This document shows, piece after piece, positions 30,723 to 39,800 of a DNA stretch of 64,000 nt (its first letter is position 1; each line of letters opens with the position of its first letter). A program made the translations under genes and the position numbers. The notes beneath the pieces were generated by a model. That model did no database searches. It saw only the letters and a program-made list of their open reading frames with translations, and was not told where the DNA came from. Origin of the DNA: Clostridia bacterium (GTDB taxonomy: Bacteria > Bacillota > Clostridia > Christensenellales > Aristaeellaceae); contig JAFROK010000025.1 in assembly GCA_017429695.1 (NCBI GenBank), positions 4,436-68,435 of the forward strand, given 5' to 3'.

Positions 30723-30746
30723 ATGGAAATCAGGAGGAGAAAAACA

Positions 30747-32027
30747 ATGGCTTGTACCGCGATTGTCGGGATTAACTGGGGTGATGAAGGCAAAGGCCGC
30801 ATGGTGGACCTGCTGACGGAAAAGTATGATATCGTCGTACGCTTCCAGGGCGGCGGAAACGCCGGGCATACCGTGATCAACGAATACGGGAAGTTCGCCC
30901 TGCATCTGCTGCCTTCCGGCGTGTTCCGCAAAGGCGTGATGAACATTCTGGGAAACGGCGTGGCGCTGGATCCCGAGAACCTGCTGGCGGAAATCCGGAC
31001 GCTGGAGGAAAAAGGCGTTAAGATTACGCCGGAAAACCTGATGATCAGCGACCGGGCATCCCTGCTGCTGCCCTGGCACCGGAAGCTGGACGAGCTGGAG
31101 GAACTCCGGCTGAAGGATAAGAAATACGGCTCCACGAAGCAGGGGATCGCGCCGTTCTATTCTGATAAATACCAGAAGAAGACCGTGATGGCCGGGGAAC
31201 TCTTCTATCCGGAAAAGATGAAGGCGCACCTGCGGGACCTGATGGAATGGAAAAACCTGACACTGAAAGGCGTTTACGGCGCGGAACCGGTGACGGAAGC
31301 GGAGCTGGACGACTGGATCGAAAAATGCTGCAAGCCCCTGATGCCCTTCATCGGCGACACGCGGGAATACCTGTGGGACGCCCAGGGAAACGGAAAGCGC
31401 ATCCTGTTTGAGGCGCAGCTGGGATCCCTGCGGGACCTGGATTACGGCATTTATCCCTATACCACGTCTTCGAACACGCTGGCGGCTTACGCACCGGTGG
31501 GATCCGGCCTGCCGGCAGCGGAGATCACGAAGGTGGTCGGCGTGGTGAAAGCCTATTCCACCTGCGTCGGCGAAGGCCCGTTTGTTTGCGAGACGTTCGG
31601 CGAGGAAGCGGAAAAACTGCGGCAGGCCGGCGCGGAATACGGCGCGAAGACCGGACGGCCCCGCCGGGTCGGGCCGATTGACCTGGTGGCCACCCGATAC
31701 GGCGTGCAGGTTCAGGGCGCGACGGAACTGGCGCTGACGAAGCTGGACGTGCTGAGCGATATGGATGAGATTCCGGTATGCGTGAAGTATGAACTGAACG
31801 GCGAGGAGACGGACAAATTCCCCTTCCCGAGCGTGCTGGAGGACTGCAAGCCGGTGATCCGGAAGGTCAAAGGCTGGAAGAAGGACATCAGCGGCGTGCG
31901 GACATGGGAAGACCTGCCGGAAGAGGCCAAGGCTTATGTGAACATGGTGGAGCAGGCCATCGGGCGGCCGTTTGTGTATATTTCCGTGGGCCCGGAACGG
32001 GAGAGCATTATCCGCAGGGGAGTATGA
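30747..32027 (+). CDS. purA: Adenylosuccinate synthetase
   Basis: WGDEGKG, RFQGG.NAGHT, G.YPYTTSS, EYGAKTGRPRRVG. Confidence 0.98.
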   Translation: MACTAIVGINWGDEGKGRMVDLLTEKYDIVVRFQGGGNAGHTVINEYGKFALHLLPSGVFRKGVMNILGNGVALDPENLLAEIRTLEEKGVKITPENLMISDRASLLLPWHRKLDELEELRLKDKKYGSTKQGIAPFYSDKYQKKTVMAGELFYPEKMKAHLRDLMEWKNLTLKGVYGAEPVTEAELDDWIEKCCKPLMPFIGDTREYLWDAQGNGKRILFEAQLGSLRDLDYGIYPYTTSSNTLAAYAPVGSGLPAAEITKVVGVVKAYSTCVGEGPFVCETFGEEAEKLRQAGAEYGAKTGRPRRVGPIDLVATRYGVQVQGATELALTKLDVLSDMDEIPVCVKYELNGEETDKFPFPSVLEDCKPVIRKVKGWKKDISGVRTWEDLPEEAKAYVNMVEQAIGRPFVYISVGPERESIIRRGV

Positions 32028-32031
32028 TTGT

Positions 32032-33447
32032 ATGACAGATCGGTATGAAACACCATTGGGATCCAGATATGCTTCGGATGAAATGATGGCGATGTTCTCG
32101 GCGAATACCCGGTACCGGACATGGCGGAAGCTGTGGGTGGAACTGGCCCGGGCGGAAATGGAGCTGGGGTTGCCGGTGACGCAGGCGCAGGTGGACGAGC
32201 TGGCGGCGCACATTGAAGACATCGACTACGAGTGCGTCCGGAAGCGGGAAAAGGAAGTCCGCCACGACGTGATGGCGCATGTGTATGCCTACGGGCAGGT
32301 GGCGCCGGGTGCGGCGGGGATTATCCACCTGGGGGCGACCAGCTGTTATGTGACGGACAACGCCGACCTGGTGATTTACCGGGACGCGCTGAAGCTGCTG
32401 CGCAAAGGCCTGCTGGGCGTGATGAAAAACCTGTGCGATTTTGCGGAGAAGACAAAGGCGATTCCGACGCTGGGATATACCCATTACCAGCCGGCGCAGC
32501 CGGTGACCGTCGGGAAGCGGGCGTCCCTGTGGCTGCAGGATTTTATGACCGACCTGGAGGAGATCGATTTTGTGATCGACCACCTGCCTTTCCTCGGATG
32601 CCGTGGAACCACCGGAACGGAAGCCAGCTTTATGGACCTGTTTGAAGGGGACACGGAAAAGATTGACGAAATGAATCGCCGGATTGCCGCGGCGTTCGGG
32701 TTTGACAAGCGGTTTGACGTATGCGGCCAGACCTATCCCCGGAAGGCGGACAGCCGGATATTGAACGTGCTGAGCGCCATCGGGCAGAGCTGCTACCGGA
32801 TGGCGAATGACATGCGGCTTTTGCAGCACGACCGGCAGATGGAGGAACCGTTTGAGAAGAACCAGATCGGGTCTTCCGCGATGGCCTACAAGCGGAACCC
32901 CATGCGCAGCGAGCGGGTTTGCTCCCTGAGCCGGTATCTGATGACCCTGCCGCAGAACGCGGCGATGACCGCCTCCACCCAGTGGATGGAGCGGACGCTG
33001 GATGACTCCGCCAACCGGCGAATTTCGCTGCCGGAAGGGTTCCTGTGCGCGGACGCGGTGCTGCGGCTGATCCGGAATATTTCCGACGGGATCCGGGTGA
33101 ATGAAAAGGTGATTGAAGCGACGCTGAAGGAATATATGCCTTTTATCGCCACGGAGAATTTGCTGATGGAAGCGGTGAAGCGCGGCGGAAACCGGCAGGA
33201 GCTGCATGAGGTGATCCGCAGCTGCTCCATGGCGGCAACGGAGCGAATGAAGAACGGGGAAAGCTGCGATCTGCTGGAGCGGCTGGCGGCGGAACCGGCG
33301 TTTGGTATGACGGCGGAGGAGATGCGGGCTGTGCTGGATCCGAAGAAGTATACCGGGCGGTGTGCGGAGCAGACGGAGCAACTGGTGAAAAAGATTCGCC
33401 CGATGCTTGGAGATGCATCGGACGAATCAATCAATATTGAAGTTTAA
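32032..33447 (+). CDS. purB: Adenylosuccinate lyase
   Basis: RHDVMAH, HLGATS, GYTHYQPAQ, GSSAMAYKRNP. Confidence 0.98.
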   Translation: MTDRYETPLGSRYASDEMMAMFSANTRYRTWRKLWVELARAEMELGLPVTQAQVDELAAHIEDIDYECVRKREKEVRHDVMAHVYAYGQVAPGAAGIIHLGATSCYVTDNADLVIYRDALKLLRKGLLGVMKNLCDFAEKTKAIPTLGYTHYQPAQPVTVGKRASLWLQDFMTDLEEIDFVIDHLPFLGCRGTTGTEASFMDLFEGDTEKIDEMNRRIAAAFGFDKRFDVCGQTYPRKADSRILNVLSAIGQSCYRMANDMRLLQHDRQMEEPFEKNQIGSSAMAYKRNPMRSERVCSLSRYLMTLPQNAAMTASTQWMERTLDDSANRRISLPEGFLCADAVLRLIRNISDGIRVNEKVIEATLKEYMPFIATENLLMEAVKRGGNRQELHEVIRSCSMAATERMKNGESCDLLERLAAEPAFGMTAEEMRAVLDPKKYTGRCAEQTEQLVKKIRPMLGDASDESINIEV

Positions 33448-33451
33448 GGAT

Positions 33452-33507
33452 TTCGCGGCTGCGGCCGCGACCAGGGCTTTCCGATCGCCCTGGACCTTCG
33501 GGTCCAA
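33452..33507. repeat. Multi-hairpin intergenic repeat / bidirectional terminator
   Basis: TCGCGGC..GCCGCGA, CAGGGC..GCCCTG and TGGACC-TTCG-GGTCCA hairpins between convergent genes. Confidence 0.6.
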
Positions 33508-33555
33508 TACTTGAATTATGCATCGAGCGAATCGGTAAGTATTGAAGTATAATGA

Positions 33556-34743
33556 TTAAACAATCCGGATGCGCTTGTCTTTCAGCTTGCCTTCCTTACC
33601 GAGGGCTACCAGGCGGGTATAGCGCTCCACAACGGTTTCCATAATGGTTTCCCAGGGCACGGGGATGGTTTCCCGTGCCTTTTCTCCTGCCCGGGCGAGC
33701 AGGTCCGGGTCCTCCAGGACGCCGGTGATGACGCGGGCCAGGTCTTTCGCGTCGTTTTCACAGAGGAAGCCGTTTTCCCGGTCGTGGATGATTTCGGCAG
33801 CGGTGCTGCCCTTGACCATGACGGAGGGCGTGCCCATGACGGCCGCCTCCCGGACGACCAGGGCGGAGGTGTCATACAGGGACGGGAAAGCGAAAATGGA
33901 AGCGCGGGCATAGAGCGCATCCAGCAGGGATGTATCCGAAATATGGCCCAGCATCTGGGAACGGTTCTGGATGTTGAGGTCATGGATTTTCTGGTCGATC
34001 TTCGCCATGTCGAGTCCCTGGCCGGCCAGCAGCAGGCGGAAGGTTTTGCCTGCTTTTTTCATTTCGGCACAGGCTTCCAGCACGGTGAGGATGTTCTTTT
34101 TCCAGTCCATCTGGCCGACGAAGAGAATGACGGGATCATTGCCCAGGTTCCAGCGGCGGGAGACCTCGTCGATATCGGAAGGATGGACGGAACGGAGGGT
34201 TGCCCCGTTCGGGATGATCTGGATTTCGCCTTCGAAACCGTAATCGCGGAGCACGTCGGCGGAGTTTTTGTTCACGGTCCAGACTTCATCGCAGCGGTTA
34301 TAGAAATTGACGACGAATTTGGTGCCCATCTTGGCGATAGATTCGGATTTTGTGGCTTTGAGGAAATCGTCGTAATACTTGGAATGAAAGGTGGCCACCA
34401 GCGGGAGTTTCCGCAGGTAGGCCAGGCGGACGGCTTCCGAACCGGAATGGAACGGGCTGTGGGAATGAATGAGGTCCAGGGAAATCATTCGCATGCGGCG
34501 GCGGTAATGGGAATCCCAGACCGCTTCGCCGAGGCGGTACTGTTTGAACCCCGGGAAGCTGCGGCCCTTAAAATCGACCAATTGGAAAGGGAAACCGCCC
34601 TGATAGCCGGTATCATACATGGGGGCCACCACGGTGACCTGGTGTCCCATTTTGCTTAATGTATCCGCATAGGCATATGCGACACGCCCCACGCCGTCCA
34701 CAATCGGGAGAAACGTATCGGTAAACTGACCGATTCTCAGCAT
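33556..34743 (-). CDS. GT4 glycosyltransferase (glycolipid synthase-like)
   Basis: FTDTFLP.VDGV, HSHSPF, TFHSKY, FVGQ..KKN, FPSLYDT..LVVREA. Confidence 0.9.
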   Translation of the reverse strand: MLRIGQFTDTFLPIVDGVGRVAYAYADTLSKMGHQVTVVAPMYDTGYQGGFPFQLVDFKGRSFPGFKQYRLGEAVWDSHYRRRMRMISLDLIHSHSPFHSGSEAVRLAYLRKLPLVATFHSKYYDDFLKATKSESIAKMGTKFVVNFYNRCDEVWTVNKNSADVLRDYGFEGEIQIIPNGATLRSVHPSDIDEVSRRWNLGNDPVILFVGQMDWKKNILTVLEACAEMKKAGKTFRLLLAGQGLDMAKIDQKIHDLNIQNRSQMLGHISDTSLLDALYARASIFAFPSLYDTSALVVREAAVMGTPSVMVKGSTAAEIIHDRENGFLCENDAKDLARVITGVLEDPDLLARAGEKARETIPVPWETIMETVVERYTRLVALGKEGKLKDKRIRIV

Positions 34744-34823
34744 TTCTGTTCATCCTCCGGAATGATTATCTCACAAAGCGGCGAAAAAAGCAAAACATTC
34801 TTGTACACTCTAAGTTTGATTTC

Positions 34824-34869
34824 TTGACAGCGCAACAAGGGGGATGTACAATTCAGGAAACGGATGTCA
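34824..34869 (+). promoter_or_regulatory. Pullulanase promoter with LacI/cre-like operator
   Basis: TTGACA-N17-TACAAT followed by GGAAACGGATGTCA. Confidence 0.55.
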
Positions 34870-34930
34870 TACAGTTCAGACAGCAGAAAATAAGCGGCTT
34901 TATAACCAAAGGAAAAAGGAGAATGGCGTT

Positions 34931-37516
34931 ATGTTCAGAAAGATTGCCTGCCTGATTACGGGACTTGTGATGGCCTTTTTGCTGGTGATTCCAGCGGCTA
35001 CGGCGGAGGAGGTTTCCGATCCGCCGGAGGGCATGAACCGGGTGGTTTTCTACTGGTACGGCGAAGGCGTGGATTACAGCAAATGCGACATGTGGATATG
35101 GTTTCCGAATACTGACGGCCGGGGATACCTGTTTGAGCCGTGCGAATACGGCGTGCGGGTGGCGGTGGACGTGCCGGAAGGCGTGAGCCAGGTCGGCTTC
35201 ATTGTGCGGAAGGACTGCTCCGAACCCGGCGGGAGCAGCTGGGGCTCTGCTACGAAGGACGTGGATTCGGACCGGTTTGCGGACGTGAACGGAAAGGTGA
35301 CGGAAGTATACCTGAAACCGGGGGACGCCCATATGTACCTGAGCAAAGACCACGGCAAAACGCTGTATGAAGAGAAGAAATTCACCCTGGCCGGCATTAC
35401 GGCGCTGAACGAAATCCAGTATTTCATCAATCCGGCCACCCGCATTGAATCGCTGGACCAGGTGCGGGTTTCGGCGGACGGGGAGGAGATTCCGGTGACC
35501 GGTTTATCGAGCCTCGACAACAACGTGATTACCGGGAAGATCACCCTGGGCGGGGAACTGGATCTTTCCCGGGTGTATACGGTGGAGATTGACGGATACG
35601 GGGCCATCAACGCAGTGCCCACCAAGGTATTCGATTCCTCGGAATTCCAGGCGGCATATACCTATGACGGGGACGACCTGGGCGCGGTGACAGCCGGCGG
35701 GAAAACCGTATTCAAGGTCTGGGCGCCGACCGCGGGAAAAGTGCGGCTGAACCTGTTTGAAGCCGGGGACGGCGGCGAGGCATATGAAACGATCGACATG
35801 ACCCGCGGGGAAAAGGGCGTATGGACCGCGGAAGCAGACTGCGGCGCGGGGACGTATTATACCTACCTGGTGAGCACATCCACCGGCGAACAGGAAGCGG
35901 TGGATCCCTATGCCCGGGCGGTGGGCGTAAACGGCGACCGGGGCATGGTGGTCGACCTGGCGGCTACCGATCCGGAAGGATTTGACGCGGATTCGTTTGT
36001 GGACAGCATCAGCGCGTACAACGAAGCGGTGATCTGGGAAGTGCATGTGCGGGACTTTTCCAATATCCTGGCTTCCTCCAAATATCCGGGCAAATACCTG
36101 GCATTTACGGAGCACGGGCTGACTAACGTAAACGGCGAAAAAGCCGGCATTGACTACCTGACGGACCTGGGCATCACCCATGTTCACCTGCAGCCGGTAT
36201 ACGACTTTGCCACGGTGAACGAGGCGACCGGTGTGCCGGCCTTCAACTGGGGCTATGACCCGAAAAACTACAACGCGCCGGAAGGCAGCTATGCCACGGA
36301 TCCGTATCACGGGGAGGTGCGGATCAACGAGTTCAAGCAGATGGTGCAGGCCCTGCACAGCGCCGGGCTGGGCGTGGTGATGGACGTGGTATACAACCAC
36401 ACCTATGACGCGAACTCCTGCCTGAACAAGATCGTGCCGTATTATTACTACCGCTACGACGCCATGGGGCAGCCGTCCAATGGATCCGGATGCGGCAATG
36501 AAACGGCCTCTGAGCGGCCGATGATGCGTAAATACATTGTGGATTCGGTGAAATACTGGGCAAGCGAATACCATATTGACGGCTTCCGCTTTGACCTGAT
36601 GGCCCTGCACGACCTTGAAACGATGCAGGCGGTGGAGGAGGCGGTTCACGCCATCAACCCGAAAGCCATTATCTACGGCGAAGGCTGGACGGGCGGGACC
36701 TCGCCGCTGGTGGACGGCCTGCGGGCCAGCCAGGCGAACATCCGGAAGGTGAAGGCCTCCGAAGGCGCCATCGGTGCGGTGGCGGTGTTCAACGACGCGA
36801 TCCGGGACGGGTTGAAGGGCAGCGTGTTTGACGCGAAGGAAAAGGGATACGCCAGCGGCAATGTTTCCAAGGGCAACGCGGAAAAGGTGATCTTCGGCCT
36901 GACGGGCGGGGAGAAGATCCGGGCGGTATCCTGGCGGGCCATGGACAACGCGGTGATCAACTACATGTCCTGCCACGACAATCACACGCTGTGGGACCGG
37001 CTGCTTTCCTCCAACGGGGACGAGAGCGAGGAGGCGCGGCTGCAGATGAACCGCTTCGGGATCTCCATTGTCATGATCGGCCGGGGCATTCCCTTCTTCC
37101 TGGCCGGGGAGGAAATGCTCCGCAGCAAGGGCGGGGATTCCAACAGCTACGCCTCGGGCGATGAGGTGAACAACATCCGCTGGGACGACCTGGCTGCCGG
37201 TAGCGAGATCATGAAGATGCGGGATTTCTACCGCAGCCTGATTGCCATGCGGAAAGCCAACGACTTTATTACAAAGAGTGAAATCACCTGCGAAGTGGCC
37301 CGGGAGAACGCGGTGGAAGCCACCTGGACGCAGGACGGAAAAACCGTTGCCTACGCCGTGATCAATCCTTCCGCGAGCGCCATGGACTGGCCGCTGCCGG
37401 AAGGGGAATGGGGCGTGCTGATGATGAATGATACAGTTGTTGCAGAACCGGCGGAAACCGTCAGCGGAACGGTGAGGATCAACGGCCGCACCGTGCTGCT
37501 GGTGAAAGCAAAATAA
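34931..37516 (+). CDS. pulA: Secreted type I pullulanase (CBM41, CBM48, GH13)
   Basis: Signal peptide; YDGDDLG, VWAPTA, FNWGYDP.NY, DVVYNH, GFRFDLM, YGEGW, CHDNHTL. Confidence 0.95.
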   Translation: MFRKIACLITGLVMAFLLVIPAATAEEVSDPPEGMNRVVFYWYGEGVDYSKCDMWIWFPNTDGRGYLFEPCEYGVRVAVDVPEGVSQVGFIVRKDCSEPGGSSWGSATKDVDSDRFADVNGKVTEVYLKPGDAHMYLSKDHGKTLYEEKKFTLAGITALNEIQYFINPATRIESLDQVRVSADGEEIPVTGLSSLDNNVITGKITLGGELDLSRVYTVEIDGYGAINAVPTKVFDSSEFQAAYTYDGDDLGAVTAGGKTVFKVWAPTAGKVRLNLFEAGDGGEAYETIDMTRGEKGVWTAEADCGAGTYYTYLVSTSTGEQEAVDPYARAVGVNGDRGMVVDLAATDPEGFDADSFVDSISAYNEAVIWEVHVRDFSNILASSKYPGKYLAFTEHGLTNVNGEKAGIDYLTDLGITHVHLQPVYDFATVNEATGVPAFNWGYDPKNYNAPEGSYATDPYHGEVRINEFKQMVQALHSAGLGVVMDVVYNHTYDANSCLNKIVPYYYYRYDAMGQPSNGSGCGNETASERPMMRKYIVDSVKYWASEYHIDGFRFDLMALHDLETMQAVEEAVHAINPKAIIYGEGWTGGTSPLVDGLRASQANIRKVKASEGAIGAVAVFNDAIRDGLKGSVFDAKEKGYASGNVSKGNAEKVIFGLTGGEKIRAVSWRAMDNAVINYMSCHDNHTLWDRLLSSNGDESEEARLQMNRFGISIVMIGRGIPFFLAGEEMLRSKGGDSNSYASGDEVNNIRWDDLAAGSEIMKMRDFYRSLIAMRKANDFITKSEITCEVARENAVEATWTQDGKTVAYAVINPSASAMDWPLPEGEWGVLMMNDTVVAEPAETVSGTVRINGRTVLLVKAK

Positions 37517-38605
37517 TCAGATTTCTTCCAGAATCATGACCTGTACCCGGTCCGGGCCTTCGAAGAGCAGGGCGCGCCGGTCGGAACACGGGTCCTCATA
37601 ATCCGTACGGACCTCAATCCCGTTCATCCGGAGGCGCTTCAGGATGGACGGGATTTTGGATGTGGAGAAGGACAGAACCTGGCCTTCAGGAACGGGGACG
37701 GACGGATCACAGCGGAATTCCGCCTGGCTGCGGCCCAGCTGCAGCAGGATGGTTTGCTTTTCCGAATCCGGATCCCGGAGGCGCGCGACCATCCGGTAAC
37801 CGAGCTTTCCGGAATAGAAATCCATGACGGCATCCGCATCCGACGCGCGGAGCACGGTGCGGGAAACGGCAACGGACCGCCGGAAGGGATACAGGGTATT
37901 GGGATGAACGCCTTTGCGCCAGGAATGGTATTCCTTCAGGTTTTTCTTCCAGACGGGATGGGTGTTTACATAGGCGAAGGCAATAAACAGGTATGCGCCG
38001 ATAAATCCGCCGATGGTATTGGAAATGATATCGTCCAGGTCATACAGGCCGCGCTTGGTCAGCAGCTGCAGGTTTTCCACGATAAAGGACAGCAGGAAGC
38101 AGACCAGGGCCGGGCGGAGGCGCACCCGCTCGCGGAACCAGCGGAAAACGTAAGGCAGCAGATAACCGAAGGGGACAAATACCATAATGTTCAGGTAGAA
38201 CTGGATCAGGTCTTCCGGGCGAACCAGTTTCACATTGGCAAAGGCGGAAAAGCCCTCGGTAAAGAAACGGGAGAACACATCGCTGAAGCCGTGATCGGTT
38301 TGGAAGGCATCGATGGCGTCCCGCATGGGCCGGGCGTTGATTTCATAGGAGCGCATGGCGGAACGGGAAAAAATGACCAGCCAGGCGAAAATCGCGGTAT
38401 AGATGACCAGGCCGGCGATCAGCAGTCGCTGGCGGATCTGCAGCAGCCGGTCGGCATTCGGATTGGTGCTCAGCCCGCCGTGGAGGTTCAGCCCCAGCTT
38501 TCCGCAGACCTTCCGGTCAGCCCAGGGCAGCACCCAGACCATGACGGCAACGAGCCCCGTTACGCACAGCACGGTTGCCAGGTTGTTGACATCATCGGCG
38601 CTCAA
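37517..38605 (-). CDS. VanZ-family membrane protein fused to a VOC/glyoxalase domain
   Basis: LNIMVFVPFGY, E.LQ...RG.YD.DD.ISNTIGG; C-terminal DFYSGKLGY..L...GI..FEGPD. Annotated TTG start overlaps the upstream stop. Confidence 0.8.
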   Translation of the reverse strand: MSADDVNNLATVLCVTGLVAVMVWVLPWADRKVCGKLGLNLHGGLSTNPNADRLLQIRQRLLIAGLVIYTAIFAWLVIFSRSAMRSYEINARPMRDAIDAFQTDHGFSDVFSRFFTEGFSAFANVKLVRPEDLIQFYLNIMVFVPFGYLLPYVFRWFRERVRLRPALVCFLLSFIVENLQLLTKRGLYDLDDIISNTIGGFIGAYLFIAFAYVNTHPVWKKNLKEYHSWRKGVHPNTLYPFRRSVAVSRTVLRASDADAVMDFYSGKLGYRMVARLRDPDSEKQTILLQLGRSQAEFRCDPSVPVPEGQVLSFSTSKIPSILKRLRMNGIEVRTDYEDPCSDRRALLFEGPDRVQVMILEEI

Positions 38606-39561
38606 GCGTTTTCACCTCCGGAAGAAACGTTGGCATCCTGTGGGGGCAGGAGGGACGGAAAGCGCAGGTTGCGCGGGTCATCCGCGTCCAGCCCGGACAG
38701 GTAGGACCGGTTTCCGATAATCTCCGCAAGTTCTTCCCGGCTGATTTCCGAAAGGAAAAGACAGCGGTAAGCGGCAGTGACCAGCTTTACGGCCAGGGCC
38801 AGAGCCTCCGCGCGCAGCTCCGCAAAGGAGGCGTCGGAGGAAACGGAGGGTTCGTGGCTGTGGGTCCAGGGCTGCTTTTTGTTGTTTTCAACATCGATAT
38901 TTTTAAAATGGGATTCGGAATAGGAGAAAGATTTCAGCTTGGGATGGCCGGTTGCCCGCGTCAGGCGGGAAAACAGGCCTGCCGGGTTTTCGATCATCCG
39001 GTAGATCCGATAATGCCGGAGGGCGGCATGGTTCAGGGCGGCCCAGCAGTTTTCCCACCCGTAGACGGACCGAAAAACCGCGTCGATATCCACGCGGATG
39101 GATTCTGGCAGGCGGCAGGGCGGAAAATAGTTTTCGGTGACCGCGTGCCGCTTTCCCTCCAGGCCGGCCCGGCGAAGCTCCAGGATATCCAGGCTGTGTT
39201 CAAAGCTCATATGGCCGCGGGGAAAATGGTATTTTTCTTCTGTGAGGTGGATAATATAGGGATGAGCAGTGGAATCCAGCGCATAATGGCACAAAAAGCC
39301 GGCCAGGTAGGAAAACAGGTCATCCGGGGCGGAGCTCTGCCCGACCCGGTCCGCCAGCGCCATCAGGAATGCGCCGGGTTTGGTGGTATGCATCCGGCGG
39401 CCGCGGCCCTCCCGCCGCTTCCAGGGCTGGTACATGAACCACAGGTCCGGCCCGAAGAGGGCGAACGTATAGGGATCCACCGACAGCTTTGCCCGGATTT
39501 CCTCCGGCAGCGCCTGCCTTACTTCCCGGCCGAAAGATGCATGAACGACAATATCCGGCAC
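38602..39561 (-). CDS. Zinc-dependent phospholipase C family protein
   Basis: MPD.VVH, GPDLWF, GFLCHYALD..AHPYI, H..FE..LD. Confidence 0.85.
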   Translation of the reverse strand: MPDIVVHASFGREVRQALPEEIRAKLSVDPYTFALFGPDLWFMYQPWKRREGRGRRMHTTKPGAFLMALADRVGQSSAPDDLFSYLAGFLCHYALDSTAHPYIIHLTEEKYHFPRGHMSFEHSLDILELRRAGLEGKRHAVTENYFPPCRLPESIRVDIDAVFRSVYGWENCWAALNHAALRHYRIYRMIENPAGLFSRLTRATGHPKLKSFSYSESHFKNIDVENNKKQPWTHSHEPSVSSDASFAELRAEALALAVKLVTAAYRCLFLSEISREELAEIIGNRSYLSGLDADDPRNLRFPSLLPPQDANVSSGGENA

Positions 39562-39800
39562 GATCCTGTCTCCCTTCGGTACACTTTTTCAGCAGTATAC
39601 CATTTTTTGCAAGGGGCAACAAGGGAAAAACCTTGAATTGATCGTACAAATGTGCTATGATTTTCGACAAAGGGACCAGAAGATTATTACTTATTAAAAT
39701 GCAAAAACCAATATGCCCGATCCTGAAGAACCGATGCCGAAAGAAAAAATCCTGCTGAACTGTTTGCTGTTGGGGGCCGATCTGCCGGGAGGATACGGAG

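Noticed and set aside
30670-30746. Canonical purine riboswitch upstream of purA
   Set aside because: The leader is too short and lacks the aptamer consensus.
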